Assembly: GCA_964521495.1 (NCBI GenBank)
Contig: CAZFTF010000002.1
Span: forward strand, 23,936-87,935
DNA from: an uncultured Candidatus Peribacteria bacterium
GTDB taxonomy: Bacteria > Patescibacteriota > Gracilibacteria > BD1-5 > JAGOOR01
Length of the DNA: 64,000 bases
Direction: 5' to 3'
How positions within the stretch are numbered: the first letter of the stretch is position 1; the number at the start of each line of letters is the position of its first letter. Made by a program: the position numbers and the translations under genes. The notes below the pieces were generated by a model. The model saw only the letters and a list, made by a program, of their open reading frames with translations, had not been told where the DNA came from and did not search any database. Positions 46,178-57,569 of the stretch are shown here, piece by piece.

Positions 46178-46225
46178 AATGGTCATCGATAGAAATCTCT
46201 CAAGATGACACTTCGCTAAAAACAA

Positions 46226-46301
46226 TGGAGCCACCAATCGGGATCGAACCGATGACCTGCGGTTTACAAGACCGCCGCTCTACCAGCTGAGCTATGGTGG
46301 C
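46226..46301 (-). tRNA. tRNA-Thr (UGU), CCA encoded
   Basis: Reverse complement gccaccatagctcagctggtagagcggcggtCTTGTAAaccgcaggtcatcggttcgatcccgattggtggctcca, a clean cloverleaf. Confidence 0.9.
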
Positions 46302-46408
46302 ATATATTGAAATGAGAGTTTCCTCCCAACGTCGTGGATTATAGAAAAAATAATTGAAAAGCAAAATTTTTTACCGCTCTTCGCTTATTGTCTTTCTAAA
46401 AGCACAAA

Positions 46409-46483
46409 TGGTGCCAATGGGTGGAGTCGAACCGCCGACCACAGGGTTATGAGTCCTGTGCTCTACCGCTGAGCTACATTGGC
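46409..46483 (-). tRNA. tRNA with CAU anticodon (elongator Met or Ile2), CCA encoded
   Basis: Reverse complement gccaatgtagctcagcggtagagcacaggaCTCATAAccctgtggtcggcggttcgactccacccattggcacca. Position 1:72 is paired (G1-C72), so it is not initiator-like. There is one A-C mismatch in each of the anticodon and T stems. Confidence 0.85.
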
Positions 46484-46489
46484 ACGGAG

Positions 46490-46519
46490 TGTATAGTATC
46501 TAAAAAAACATTTTTGCAA
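46490..46519 (-). promoter_or_regulatory. Possible promoter for the tRNA cluster
   Basis: The minus strand reads TTGCAA-18 nt-TATACA, ending about 6 nt before the first tRNA. This is a weak call. Confidence 0.3.
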
Positions 46520-46692
46520 GCACATTTTTCATTTTTATTTTTGGTAGTAGAGAGGGTATATATCTTCGTGTAATATCACGTCATCTTCTTTTCTGGATAC
46601 ACTAGATATAATTATTTCTGATTGTCTCAAAATACTCTTCAAAAAAAGAAAAGAGAATCTTGTTTTTTTTGTTCTTTTATTATCATCAGAAT

Positions 46693-47178
46693 ATGCTTCG
46701 AACTATCGCCTACGTCATCTTTTTGTGCACAGGGATTTTTGCCTTTGCTCTCATCGTACTTTTTTTCCGTTCACAGGATGTTACTTTGCCTCCAGTTAAT
46801 ACCGGAGATGCCCAAGTCGTATCTTCTGGTAAAACGCTCGATGCTATAAAAAAAGCTTATGCTTTTAAAGCTTCATGACAAAAGGATATTTTCGGGGTCT
46901 CAGTATTTCGTTTGGATGTTGATATTCGGACATCTGACAGGATTCGTATGTATGTTTTCCGTGATGACTATGCAACTATTAAGAAAAATCTTCTCCTTCT
47001 CGACAGTATTTACACCTTTACAGAAGTAGAAGAACCATTTGGGAAAGTTTTTTTCCTCAACGATAAGGTGGCAAGCGATCAAATTGTACGTTTTGTGACT
47101 AAGGTGGATGGGGTTGTTCTGGGCTTTGAAGTGCTCAAAGACGAGTATACTCGTCTAAAGGGTTTACTTTTACAATAA
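46693..47178 (+). CDS. Hypothetical membrane-anchored protein (161 aa)
   Basis: Track ORFs 46660..46878 and 46912..47178 share one frame with one TGA. The ATG at 46693 gives MLRTIAYVIFLCTGIFAFALIVLFF (N-terminal TM). No family recognised. Confidence 0.5.
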
Positions 47179-47218
47179 TCTTTTATACTAGCGAGGTATT
47201 ATTTAATTCTTTTTTCCT

Positions 47219-47689
47219 ATGTCAAAGAAACACCAATTGACCCGTGAAGGTCTTGAAAAGCTCCAAAAAGAACTTGAGAATCTCCAAAGTGTGACTCGTG
47301 TAGAAATCGCAGAGAAACTCAAAATCGCTATCGCATATTGAGATCTCTCAGAAAACTCTGAGTATCAGTCAGCTCGTGATGAGCAGGCAGCTGTCGAAAT
47401 GCGTATTTCTGAAATCGAAGAAATCCTCGATAGTTATGAGATTCTTGATGTCGACAAAAAGGCAAAGAAAAATAACACCGTGACTATCGGAAGCACATTT
47501 ACGCTCAATGTGGATGGTGTGAAAAAGGTCTACACGCTGGTGGGAAGCACAGAGGCAGATATCCTACAAAACCGTATTTCTAATGAATCACCTATTGGTA
47601 TGGCAGTCATCGGGAAAAGTGCTTGAGAAACTATTGTAGGGGTTGCTCACGCAGGACCCTTCGAGTACAAACTTCTTGATATCGCATAG
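47219..47689 (+). CDS. greA: Transcription elongation factor GreA
   Basis: LTREGLEKLQKELENL...AIAY[G]DLSENSEYQSARDEQ, with TGA at 47339-47341 on the conserved Gly. C-terminal domain ISNESPIGMAVIGKSA[G]E. TAG at 47687-47689. Confidence 0.88.
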
Positions 47690-47692
47690 TTT

Positions 47693-48103
47693 ATGGATTC
47701 TTTTTTTCTCAATTACATTATCTTCATTCCATTTGTTGCCTATGTTGTGGCGACAGTGTTAAAGGGGGTATTTTTGTGGAAGAAAGATGTATTTAATGTG
47801 AGTATGATGCTCTCAACAGGAGGTATGCCAAGCGGACATTCGGCACTGGTTTCAAGTATTGCTACGGCTGTGGGAATAAAATATGGCCCATTTGATGATC
47901 TGTTTGCGATTGTTCTCGTGTTTGCGGCCATTGTTATCTATGATGCGATGAATATTCGATATCAATCAGGTCTCCATGCTCACGCACTCAATAAGATCCA
48001 CGGGCAAAAACAACTCAATGAATCTCTCGGACACCTTCCTTCAGAGACATTAGCGGGAAGCATTGTTGGTGTTTTGGTGGCAGCAATCCTGATGTATATT
48101 TAA
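47693..48103 (+). CDS. Divergent PAP2 family (DUF212-like) membrane protein
   Basis: GGMPSGHSALVSSIATAVG...VIYDAMNIRYQSGLHAHALN matches the acid phosphatase/vanadium-haloperoxidase-related DUF212 pattern. Confidence 0.7.
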   Translation: MDSFFLNYIIFIPFVAYVVATVLKGVFLWKKDVFNVSMMLSTGGMPSGHSALVSSIATAVGIKYGPFDDLFAIVLVFAAIVIYDAMNIRYQSGLHAHALNKIHGQKQLNESLGHLPSETLAGSIVGVLVAAILMYI

Positions 48104-48121
48104 AATAATGTTTTTTTATTT

Positions 48122-48150
48122 TCCCCTCGTAAGGAGGGGATTTATTATTA
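48122..48150 (+). terminator. Rho-independent terminator
   Basis: Stem tcccctc/gagggga with loop gtaag, followed by tttattatta. Confidence 0.5.
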
Positions 48151-48261
48151 TTTTGTAATAAAATAAATATTTTGCAAGTAAGAAGAGGGCTATCTTTATT
48201 GATTCATTGATTCTCAGGGTATACTGAGAGGGCACTGTTTTACTTCTTTTATTTTCGTTTT

Positions 48262-48717
48262 ATGTACTCTCTCAACAGAGCTCAGCTCATCGGTAATATT
48301 ACCGTAGACCCCGAGGTTCGAGCGCTCCCAAATGGGCAGCGTGTCGCCAATTTTTCTCTTGCGACCAATCGTCGCTATACAGATAGCTCTGGGGTACAAC
48401 AGGATGTGCCAGAGTATCACAATGTTGTGATGTTTGGCAAGCTCGCAGAGATCGCAGAGCAGTACATCCATAAAGGAAATAAGCTCTATGTAGAAGGTCG
48501 TATCCAGACACGAAGCTGGGAAGACCAAGCAGGCCAGAAAAAATACAAAACTGAGATAGTCGCAGAAGAGATGATCATGCTCACGCCAAAAGGAACTCCT
48601 GCGGAATGAGGTCATTTTGGTACTGCACCTGCTTCTCAGAATGGAGGGGATACTCCAGTACATACGACCATTCCTCCAAAAGAAGAACGAGTATCAATCG
48701 AGGATGTTCCTTTTTAG
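48262..48717 (+). CDS. ssb: Single-stranded DNA-binding protein
   Basis: OB-fold N-terminus LNRAQLIGNITVDPEVRALPNGQRVANFSLATN...YHNVVMFGKLAE...LYVEGRIQTRSWED. One TGA, then a Gly/Pro-rich linker and the acidic tip IEDVPF. TAG at 48715-48717. Confidence 0.9.
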
Positions 48718-48734
48718 TTTTTTAATAATTCTCT

Positions 48735-49112
48735 ATGTCTACTCGTAAAACTTCACCAAAAAAACCATCAACTAAACCATCAATCACAGAAATACAAAAA
48801 AATACATTCAATATTCGCTCCAGCATTGCCTATATTACCATGATGGGTTGGATAATTTCTTATTTTTTCCTTTCGAACTCAAAGACGAACAATGAGTTAT
48901 TTCATATCAAACAATCTTTCGGGCTTCATATGACTCTGCTTGCGTGTGAAATATTTGCTTACTTTTCACTCATCCCATATTTTCTCCTTCCATTTATCTG
49001 GTTTCTCTACATAATAGCTATCATAGTTTATGTCATCCAATCCGGAAGCGGAAAGCAGTCAAAAATTCCATTTTTGTGAGATAAATTTCAGGAGTGGTTT
49101 TCATTTTTATAG
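48735..49112 (+). CDS. Hypothetical small membrane protein (possibly DUF4870-like)
   Basis: Track ORF 48735..49079 is extended by one TGA plus 10 codons to TAG. There are three or four hydrophobic helices. The family assignment is tentative. Confidence 0.5.
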
Positions 49113-49158
49113 GAAACGAAAAGTGTTGACATAATAAAAATAAATTTATAATAAAAAT

Positions 49159-49749
49159 ATGGAAACACTCGGAAAGATATCTTCCTCAGAAGGACAGGTT
49201 TTTGAGGTTTGTACTGGTATTTCACCTGCGTTGATTGATCGGCTCATTCATGCCTCATGACAGGAGGATGAGGCTTTGATAAAATTTACAGGAGATCCCA
49301 AAAGATTTGCGGATAGACGTGCAACGGAACAATGGCTCCATGAAGAGGGGAGGAAGACTTACACATTAACGCCTGAAGCGGATATTAATACGTTAGCATG
49401 ATTTGCATGGTTGAGGGCAGACCCAAAGATTCATATACCCGATAGTAGTACAGATGGGGAACTTCTTGAGAAATACAGAGCAACTGAAGGGGATGGAACC
49501 CATACAGTAGCGGCTCGTTTGTATGGGGATTTTCGTGGAAAAAAACTCGCGACACCATTTATGTGTATGGTTCATCAGGATTATATGTCGCGCACGAAAG
49601 GAGCAGTTTCGGGTATAATCGCAGACATTCATCAGGATAATATTGCCTCTCAAAAGCTTTTTCAGAGGCTCGGATATCAATTGCTCTGACCAAAGTGAGA
49701 TCGTACTCTCTGGATTCTCGATGCGGCTCATATGGGAAATATACAATAA
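49159..49749 (+). CDS. Hypothetical protein, possibly GNAT-like acetyltransferase
   Basis: Track ORF 49411..49689 is extended through four TGA codons. The C-terminal part, IHQDNIASQKLFQRLGYQLL, resembles the GNAT motif B region. The assignment is weak. Confidence 0.45.
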
Positions 49750-49750
49750 A

Positions 49751-49774
49751 AAACCCCTCTTTTTAGAGGGGTTT
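49751..49774. terminator. Bidirectional Rho-independent terminator between convergent genes
   Basis: Perfect 10-bp stem aaacccctct/agaggggttt with a tttt loop, flanked by A-runs and T-runs on both sides. Confidence 0.6.
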
Positions 49775-49792
49775 AAAATATATATAAAAGAA

Positions 49793-50005
49793 TTATTCTC
49801 CAGCTTTTTTAGAGTTCAAGAGAGCCTTGGTACCACCTTTCTTGATAGGTACAATCTTACATTCGACATGATGACGAACATTCTTGTCGAACTTTTTGTA
49901 TTTTTTTGTCTTATCCATGTCTACTGGATTGACACGGAGGTATCCGCACTCGCGACCTGATTCGAGAGAAACGAGTTTAAACTTTTGTCCTTTACCTTTT
50001 GCCAT
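49793..50005 (-). CDS. rpmG: Probable ribosomal protein L33 (non-zinc type, extended C-terminus)
   Basis: MAKGKGQKFKLVSLESGRECGYLRVNPVDMDKTKKYKKFDKNVRHHVECKI follows the L33 pattern (...Y...N.....K...KKY.....H..H.E.K). Confidence 0.55.
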   Translation of the reverse strand: MAKGKGQKFKLVSLESGRECGYLRVNPVDMDKTKKYKKFDKNVRHHVECKIVPIKKGGTKALLNSKKAGE

Positions 50006-50068
50006 ATGAAATAATTAGAAAAACAGGGGTATTATAGAGATATAGATTTTTTTGCAAATGTATTTGTA

Positions 50069-51499
50069 CTATGTTTTGTTTTTCTCTAATCGGACCACTG
50101 TTTCGATATGATGCGTATGCGGAAACATATCAACCGGAGTGACATTTGTGAGGGTGTACTCATTCTCTCCACAGAGGATGATGAGGTCTCGAGCAAGAGT
50201 GGCAGGATTGCAGCTGACATAGATGATTTCTTCTGGAGAGAATTGTCTGATAATATCGGGAGCATCTGGATGCATACCAGCACGAGGGGGGTCGATAATG
50301 ATAACGTCTGGATTCTTTTGTGTTCATTGTTTCCAATCCTTCAGGAAATTCTCTACCGGAGCATTGATGACTTCAACATTTGAGATGTCGTTTTTTTCAA
50401 GATTTCTCCTATTATCCTCACTTGCCGAAGCGACAATCTCGACAGAATACACTTTTTGTGCTTGTCGTGCCACTATCATTCCGATAGTTCCAGTCCCTGC
50501 ATAGAGATCAAAGATGACCGGATTCTTTGTTTGAATGAGATTTTTCGTTGTCGTATAGAGGACTTCAGCACCCAATGTGTTGGTCTGAAAAAAACTCCGA
50601 GGACTGATATCGAAGATGAGATCAAAGAGTTTCTCAGAAATAGTGGGATTTCAGCTGATAAGCTCATAGTCTCCTTGGACGATGTCGGCTCGTCACGTAT
50701 TATGGAGGAGGTAGAATGCATCAACCGCTATCTTTTTTTCCTCAAAAACATGAGTGAGGGATTTCAATGCTGTACGAAAATCCTCTACGACGGAGTCAGT
50801 TTTTTCTCAGAGAAAGTCTGTATTGACTGAGAGAATCACCATAGTTTCATCAGTCTTTTTGCCTCGTCGGATGACAAGGTGACGCCAGAATCCTTGATAC
50901 ATTTTGGTGTCATAGGTGGGGAGTCGGCTTTCTCGCGCAAATTGATCGAAAATTTGGAAAAGAGTATTTGTAATATCGTCCCCGAGAACACAATAACTAC
51001 AGTCTATGATTCTATCAAATTGTGCTGGAGCATGAAAGCCAAAACGATATTCCTCATGGACTCACTCTCGTCCAGAGATATATTTTCCCCAGCTAAACTC
51101 GACTTTGTTGCGGTATCCGTGGATTTCTGGTGAAACTTCAATCGGATGCCAAGTGGTATCTTTGGTCAGCTCTGGTGTATGATGAAAGACTTCTCGGATC
51201 TGTTGTTCTTTTATTTTTGTTTGCTCTTCATACGGAATAGGGAGCCATCGGCATCCTCCGTATACTTGGAAATGTTCAGGAAGTGCCTGTTCGAGAGGGG
51301 ATTTTTTCACGACATTGAGGATTTGTCCTTCAATCCGATTTGACCGATTTTTTACTACACGGATATCGACAATACTTCCGGGGATTGCTCCTCCAGAAAT
51401 AATAATTCTTTTCCCAGATGTTGGGTCGGTAGCTAGACCAGTGCCTCAGAGGATCAGTTTTTCTACGGTAATATTTGAGAGTGTCTCGTTCTTTTTCAT
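50069..51499 (-). CDS. rlmD: 23S rRNA (uracil-5-)-methyltransferase RlmD/RumA family (TRAM + SAM MTase)
   Basis: Track ORFs 51062..51310, 50324..50575 and 50069..50275 plus gaps share one frame through TGA. Features: TRAM-like N-terminus, DLYAGTGTIG, IIIDPPRAGMH, VSCNPATLARD. TAG at 50069-50071. Confidence 0.85.
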
Positions 51500-51507
51500 G
51501 GGCTAAT

Positions 51508-51903
51508 TTATAAAATAATATCTCGTTTCTTTCTTTTCGCATGTGGGTCAGAAAAATCCTCATCACAATCATAGATTTTTACCCCATCGCGCTCAATATG
51601 ATTTCTGAGGACTATCTCAGTACTTTCATAGTGGATACAGGGTGTTTTTCGAGAGATGCTGAGTTTTTGATGAAGAATGGAATTGATTTGAAGCAGTTTT
51701 TTTTCATTAATCTCTCCAGAGAGTGCAATATCGATATCTGAAGTCGGTTTTGCATTTCCGAGCGCATGGATTCCAAAAATCCACGCTTCCTGTATCTCGG
51801 AATATTCCTTTAATACTGCTCGTATTTTATCGAGAAGCTGGAGGGTAATGTAGGGGAAATGGACATCGTAGGAGGTACGACGAGAATTCATCAGGCGAGA
51901 CAT
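51508..51903 (-). CDS. Minimal nucleotidyltransferase (Pol-beta superfamily, MNT-like)
   Basis: WIFGIHALGNAKPTSDIDIAL fits the GS-x9-12-DhD NTase signature. 131 aa, uninterrupted ORF. No HEPN partner is adjacent. Confidence 0.65.
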   Translation of the reverse strand: MSRLMNSRRTSYDVHFPYITLQLLDKIRAVLKEYSEIQEAWIFGIHALGNAKPTSDIDIALSGEINEKKLLQINSILHQKLSISRKTPCIHYESTEIVLRNHIERDGVKIYDCDEDFSDPHAKRKKRDIIL

Positions 51904-51922
51904 GGAAGAGATTGATTACTTT

Positions 51923-52873
51923 TTAATTTTTCATAGGAGTTCCATCTCGGAGCATTGCCTCATGGACAGAGTGAGCCGCGAGGCATCCTTCTGCGGCAGA
52001 CATAATCGTTTGTCGAAATTTTGCTGAATTGGTGGTGACATCTCCGGCGGCGTAGAGTCGATCGTTTGAGCTTTTTTGATGGGTATCAACGACGATACAT
52101 CATTCTTCATCAGTTGTGACTCAGAGATCTTTGATAAGTTCGATACTTGGGACTGATCCGACTGCGACGAAGACGCCCTGTGTTGGAATAATTCTTCCAT
52201 CTGTTGTTGTCACAGATTCAACTCCGAATTCACCATTGATTTCCGCAAGTTCTGTATTGAAAACAATCTCCATATTGGATTCTTGCATCACTTTATCCAC
52301 CCAGATTTGTTCAGCTTTTGGTTTGTCTTTTCGGACCAGGATTTTGACGCTCTTGCAGAGATGAGCGAGATAGAGCGCTTCCGTAAAGGCAGAATCACCA
52401 CCACCAACAATGATGACATCACGACCACGGAAAAAGTTGCCATCACAGGTCGCACAATAAGAAACACCCGCCCCGAGAAGTCTGTCTTCACCTGGAATAT
52501 TCAAATGTCTGTAGGCATTACCAGTCGCATAAATCAGATAATCACAGGTGTATTCTTCTTTTCGAGCCGTCGTAATCAAAAAATTTCCTTTGTCTTTTGC
52601 GCTTTGAATTGATACAACGGTATCATAGGTTATTTCAGAGCCTGATACTTTCGCGTGCTCTTCAAATCGACGCATAATATCGCCCCCAGATTCTGAGAGA
52701 GTTCCTGGATAGTTTTCGACACAATGCGAAGTAGCAAGTGCTCCACCTGGCTGAGCACCGATGATGAGATTTTGGATACCATAGCGACTGGCATACATAC
52801 CTGCAGGAAGACCAGCAGACCCAGTTCCGATGATGATAAGAGGGTAGTGTTTCATAATTTTTATTGTAAACAA
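51923..52873 (-). CDS. trxB: Thioredoxin-disulfide reductase
   Basis: IIIGTGSAGLPAG, redox centre YCATCDGNFF, IVGGGDSAFTEA. Track ORF 52121..52873 is extended through two TGA codons (...YAAGDVT...). TAA at 51923-51925. Confidence 0.9.
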
Positions 52874-52874
52874 A

Positions 52875-53591
52875 TTAATTTCCTAAAAATGTTGCAATAC
52901 CTGAGAAACCGAGGAAAGCAATGATGCCTATGTAAAAACATATTACTACTCCAATAAGACTAAAACCGAGTATTCCAATAATATTTGTATTCTTTGTTAC
53001 ACGATCGAGAGCGATATACCAGAGAACAAGTGCTGTATACGTAGAGAGTCCGAGAGCAGTGGTAATATCTCATCTTACATATTTTGAAATGATAAATGCT
53101 CTCCAAAAATTCATTGCCAAAATCCCGAGAATTCCCAAAAGAATGATAATTCCAAATGTGATAAATGCAGGACCTGTCCATCCACGTGCTGATGCATCAA
53201 TATTTTTTTCTATGATCCCAATAAACACACTAATAATAATTCACCCAACAGTCATAATCCACGGAAGAAGTGTCACGATAAAAGCTTTTTTGGGTGATTT
53301 TGTCGCTTGTTTGATAAAATCATAATATCTCACAAAAGGAATCCATGAAATTTTGGAAGTAGCTTTTTTATGATAGTGCTTATTGAGAAGACTGAGACCG
53401 TAGGAGCTTATGCAATAGAGAATAACAGGAAGAGCAATATATAAAAAAACAGCCATCAATATACCAATAATATCAAAACCGAGATTATTACTCACAGATG
53501 CCATTTCTTGTGAAAGAGCATTTGGTGCGACATCCAGAGCAAAGAGCTGGGTAGTTAAAATGAAAATTGGTGCAAGAAGAATTTTTTTCAT
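52875..53591 (-). CDS. Hypothetical polytopic membrane protein (238 aa)
   Basis: Track ORF 53241..53591 has a signal-like N-terminus (MKKILLAPIFILTTQLFA). It is extended through two TGA codons across further hydrophobic helices to TAA at 52875-52877. Confidence 0.5.
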
Positions 53592-53751
53592 ACGAAAAAG
53601 AAAGAAATAAGTACTGGAAGTATACAGACAGTATCACGTATGTAAATAAAATATTGTCAGATTCTGACTTCACTTTCCAAAGAATTAACTATACTTGCTG
53701 TATATGTGACGACGCAAACAAGTTCTCTGACTAACACACACTACACAAACT

Positions 53752-55914
53752 ATGATTGTTGGTGTTGTACTCGTATTTCTCGCTGTACTGGTATTCTTTG
53801 CTGATAAAGACTATTTAAATCGGTATTTGACACCACTTTTTGGTACTCATTTTCGATGGTTTTTTTCTCCCGTCGCTCTTCTTACAGGACTCCATATGTT
53901 TATTGGTAAGAGCTCTTTTGATATGCGACGAGGTGGGGGACTGGTTCTCTTCTGGCTTTCGAGTGTCTCTCTTTGGAGTTTTATTTCTGATGATTATAAT
54001 ACCAAAAAACTCTTCTTTGATGTGCACGAGCCCCTCGTGCGTACATTTGATACGATTCCTGCCATAACACTGATTGTGGGATGTCTCGCGTTTGCGTTCT
54101 ACCTCCTTTTCCATATTTCTTATCGTCGTATCTTTGGGAAAATGAGTGATGCAACAGGATATGTCTACCAAAAACAAGTTGAAGCTCTCAATACTTTCGG
54201 TGAATCGCTCCGAGAAAAACAGCAAGAAAAAAAGAAGGAGCCCATTTCTGATCGTCGTATCAAAGATAGAAACACAACGCTCAATTCTACGATTGAGAAA
54301 CTTTCCTCAAATAAGCAGGAGATACCAGAAAAACTTTCATTCTTTGAAAAAATCCGCACGAATGGAGGCCTTCTCTCGAAACCAGAAGGGGTTGTTCCTG
54401 TACAGCAGAAAATCCCCCTTTCTTCCGGTACACGTTCAGTGCCTATTGTAACAAAAAATGTTGCGAGTGAAAAGATTAAAGAGTCACGATTGTTTAAAGG
54501 GAATTGGGACTATCCACGGTCAGATCTTCTCTCATTTCACCCCAAAGGAAAGCCTCTGACAAAGGAGGAAATAGAGCTCCAATCGGCTATTATCGAACGT
54601 ACACTTCTCCAGTTCAAAATAGAAGTACATATGGCAGGTTATCAAGTATGACCGACTGTAACGCAGTATCGTCTCCGTCCAGCGGATGGTTCCAGGCTTA
54701 ATAAAATAGAAGCCCTAAAAAAAGACCTTACTCTTGCTCTGAAAGCAAAAAATATCCGTATCCAAGCACCAATTCCGGGTCTTGGACTCGTCGGTATCGA
54801 GGTTCCCAATGATCGTCGTGATGTTGTCTCTCTTCGAGAAATCATCGAATCACCGCAATTTGCCAAACATCCTTCGCGTCTTGCGATGTGCGTGGGATCT
54901 GGCATTGCGGGTGATCCAATCGTATGTGATCTCAAAGAAATGCCACACCTTTTGATAGCAGGTCAAACTGGATCTGGTAAATCGGTGGGAATGAATGGAT
55001 TTTTGATTTCTCTCCTTCTTCGTAATTCTCCTGCAGAACTTCGAATGATTATGGTGGATCCAAAACGGGTAGAGCTCAGTGTCTACAACGGTATTCCTCA
55101 TCTTCTTGCCCCAGTAATCAATCATCCCGATAAAGCCCTCAATGCTCTCAAATGGTCTGTTGCAGAAATGGTCCGCCGTTATGATCTTCTCACTGAAGCA
55201 CGTTGCCGTAATATCTGAGAATATAATACCAAGGCTTCTATTGAAGAAAGGCTGCCCGCGATTGTAATAGTCATCGACGAGCTTGCAGATCTGATGATGA
55301 GCGGAAATAAGAAGGAAGTTGAAACAACAATTGCTCGTATTGCACAGATGGCGCGAGCCGTCGGTATGCACTTGATTGTGGCAACACAGCGTCCATCAGT
55401 GGACGTGATAACAGGACTTATCAAGGCAAATATTCCAAGTCGTATCGCCTTTACGGTGGCTTCACAAGTCGACTCTCGGACTATCCTCGACCGTGTCTGA
55501 GCCGATGATCTCCTCGGGAAATGAGATATGCTCTATTCCCCAAGTGGCATGATGGAGCCAGAGCGTGTGCAGTGAGTCTTTGTCAAAACAGACGAAGTAG
55601 AGCATGTGATAAATTATATCAAACTCCATACAGATGCAGAAACTGCGGCAAATATGTATGATATGAGCATTATCGAGGGAGAAAAAAACAATGGTCCTGG
55701 CGATATCAACGGTGATGGAAGTGCTGATGAAGAGGATGATATCATTATTCAACAAGCGATTGAAGTGATTCGTGCCAGTGGCAAAGCCTCTACCTCTCTC
55801 CTTCAGAGACGTCTCAAGCTCGGTTATGCACGAGCTGCTCGCGTGATGGATGCTCTCGAAGAAATGGGAGTTGTGGGCCCTTCAGAAGGGAGTAAACCAC
55901 GTGAAATTTATTAA
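53752..55914 (+). CDS. ftsK: DNA translocase FtsK
   Basis: Track ORFs 53752, 54886, 55294 and 55606 share one frame. Features: N-terminal TM helices, [G][10 protein letters not shown], Walker [35 protein letters not shown], [G]ADDLLGK[G]DMLY, and gamma domain [27 protein letters not shown]. Confidence 0.9.
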
Positions 55915-55959
55915 GACAATAGACTTGTTTTTTCTAGCAGGATATAGTAGAATGAATCT

Positions 55960-57495
55960 ATGACCCAAATAGTCACTGCAGATATCCCTGAAAAAGAACG
56001 CCTTCTGAAGAATTTTTTTAATGTCATTGGTGTTTACTGAGCTCTCTGGATTATATTTCACCTGACGAGTGTCTTTTTCTTTGGTTTTATCGTGGGTTCG
56101 CCACTTCTGGTTGGTATTTTTTTGGGTATCGGAAATATATGGGCGATGATAATTGATGTCCCACTTGGTACTATTCAGCGACAAGTATCTTCGAAAATAA
56201 TGCTTTCTATAGCAAATGCCATGATGCTTCTTGCGGCAATTATTTTTCTCTATCTCGTTTATTCCTCAGCAGATGATGGCTTCAAATTGAGCGGTGGTAT
56301 TTTGGAGATTACAAAAAGCTTTTTTTGAACAGGAATTAATATACTTCTCTTGCTGTGCATAGGTATTCTCTATGGTACAATCAAAGAAATTTATGATATT
56401 GTAACACTTTCGTATCTCTTGAATCACACAGATCCTTCAGAGTTTGATAAGGTGCTTTCAAAAAATAATATTGCTTTTGGTATTTGATCAGTTATTGGTG
56501 TTTTGATTTCTATTCCAGTACTGTGATTTCAGTCACATGCTGTACAGTTTATCCTCTTTCTCCTCATTTTGCTCGTAGTGGCTTCTTGGGTATTTATCCA
56601 GTATTATTTTGATAACTCTCATGAAATCTTCAATGTAAATGCAGTCAAAAAACTCCATCTCGTTGAAGAAGTAAAAACGCTCGAGAAGACATCACAAACC
56701 TACATTCGTACGACGATGTCAACTTTGGATTTTGAACAGGCAAAAAAATGAATTCAATATCTGGTTTTAAAGCCGAAACAGATTTCCGAAAAATTTGATT
56801 GGGAAGATATCTGGCAAAAAACCAAGCAGGAATATCGTATGATTTATACACTTGTTTTTAGTAAGGCATCATTTGTCCCTATTCTTCTTTGGACAACAGG
56901 AAGTATACTTTTATTTGGTTGTTGGGATAATGTTGCTACGACTTTCTTTGTGAAATTCCTCGATGAATCTATGCAAAATGTGAGTTGGGTAAAAAATATT
57001 ATTCGGAGTGGCTTTATATTGATAGGAATTCTTGCCATCCCAGCCTATGTGATGCAGTGATTTTGGATCAAGCAGGCTGATAAATTTGGCCGTTTTCGTA
57101 TTATTACGGCATGACTCTTTTTGTCTGGCTGAGCCCTGTTTCTTTTGGCTCTCTTTGGCCGTATGGAAAACCTCCTTTGACTCGTTCTGGTGGTCTGCAT
57201 GGGGCTCTTGAATAGTACTGGATATGCCGCCGGATACCCTATGAGTCAATCTATATTTGCTGACGAATACAATCGATCATTTGCTCGTGAAAACAATACC
57301 ACCATTATCAATGCCGATGTGGCCGCGGCACCTCTCAAAATACTTAATAACTTTGCAAATGCTGTAGGATTGATATTTTGAGGAGCTCTGATTACATTTT
57401 TTGGCTTCACAGGCATGTTTATTATCTATGGATCCATTCTGATGCTATGGGCTGGCTTGAGTCTCAAAAAACGTATACCGTGGAAATTAGGATAA
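55960..57495 (+). CDS. MFS-type transporter (511 aa)
   Basis: Track ORFs 56092, 56569, 56839 and 57190 share one frame with about 11 TGA codons. The profile shows about 12 hydrophobic helices with a central loop. TAA at 57493-57495. Substrate unknown. Confidence 0.65.
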
Positions 57496-57569
57496 CTGTC
57501 AAGGTGTTGTAAGGGGGAAAAACTCTTTTCACTTGATTCCATTTTTCAGGTGTGGTACGATGACCAGGT

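Noticed and set aside
54850-55371. A 173-aa minus-strand ORF inside ftsK.
   Set aside because: It is opposite the Walker A/B motor domain of FtsK, so it is an antisense artefact.
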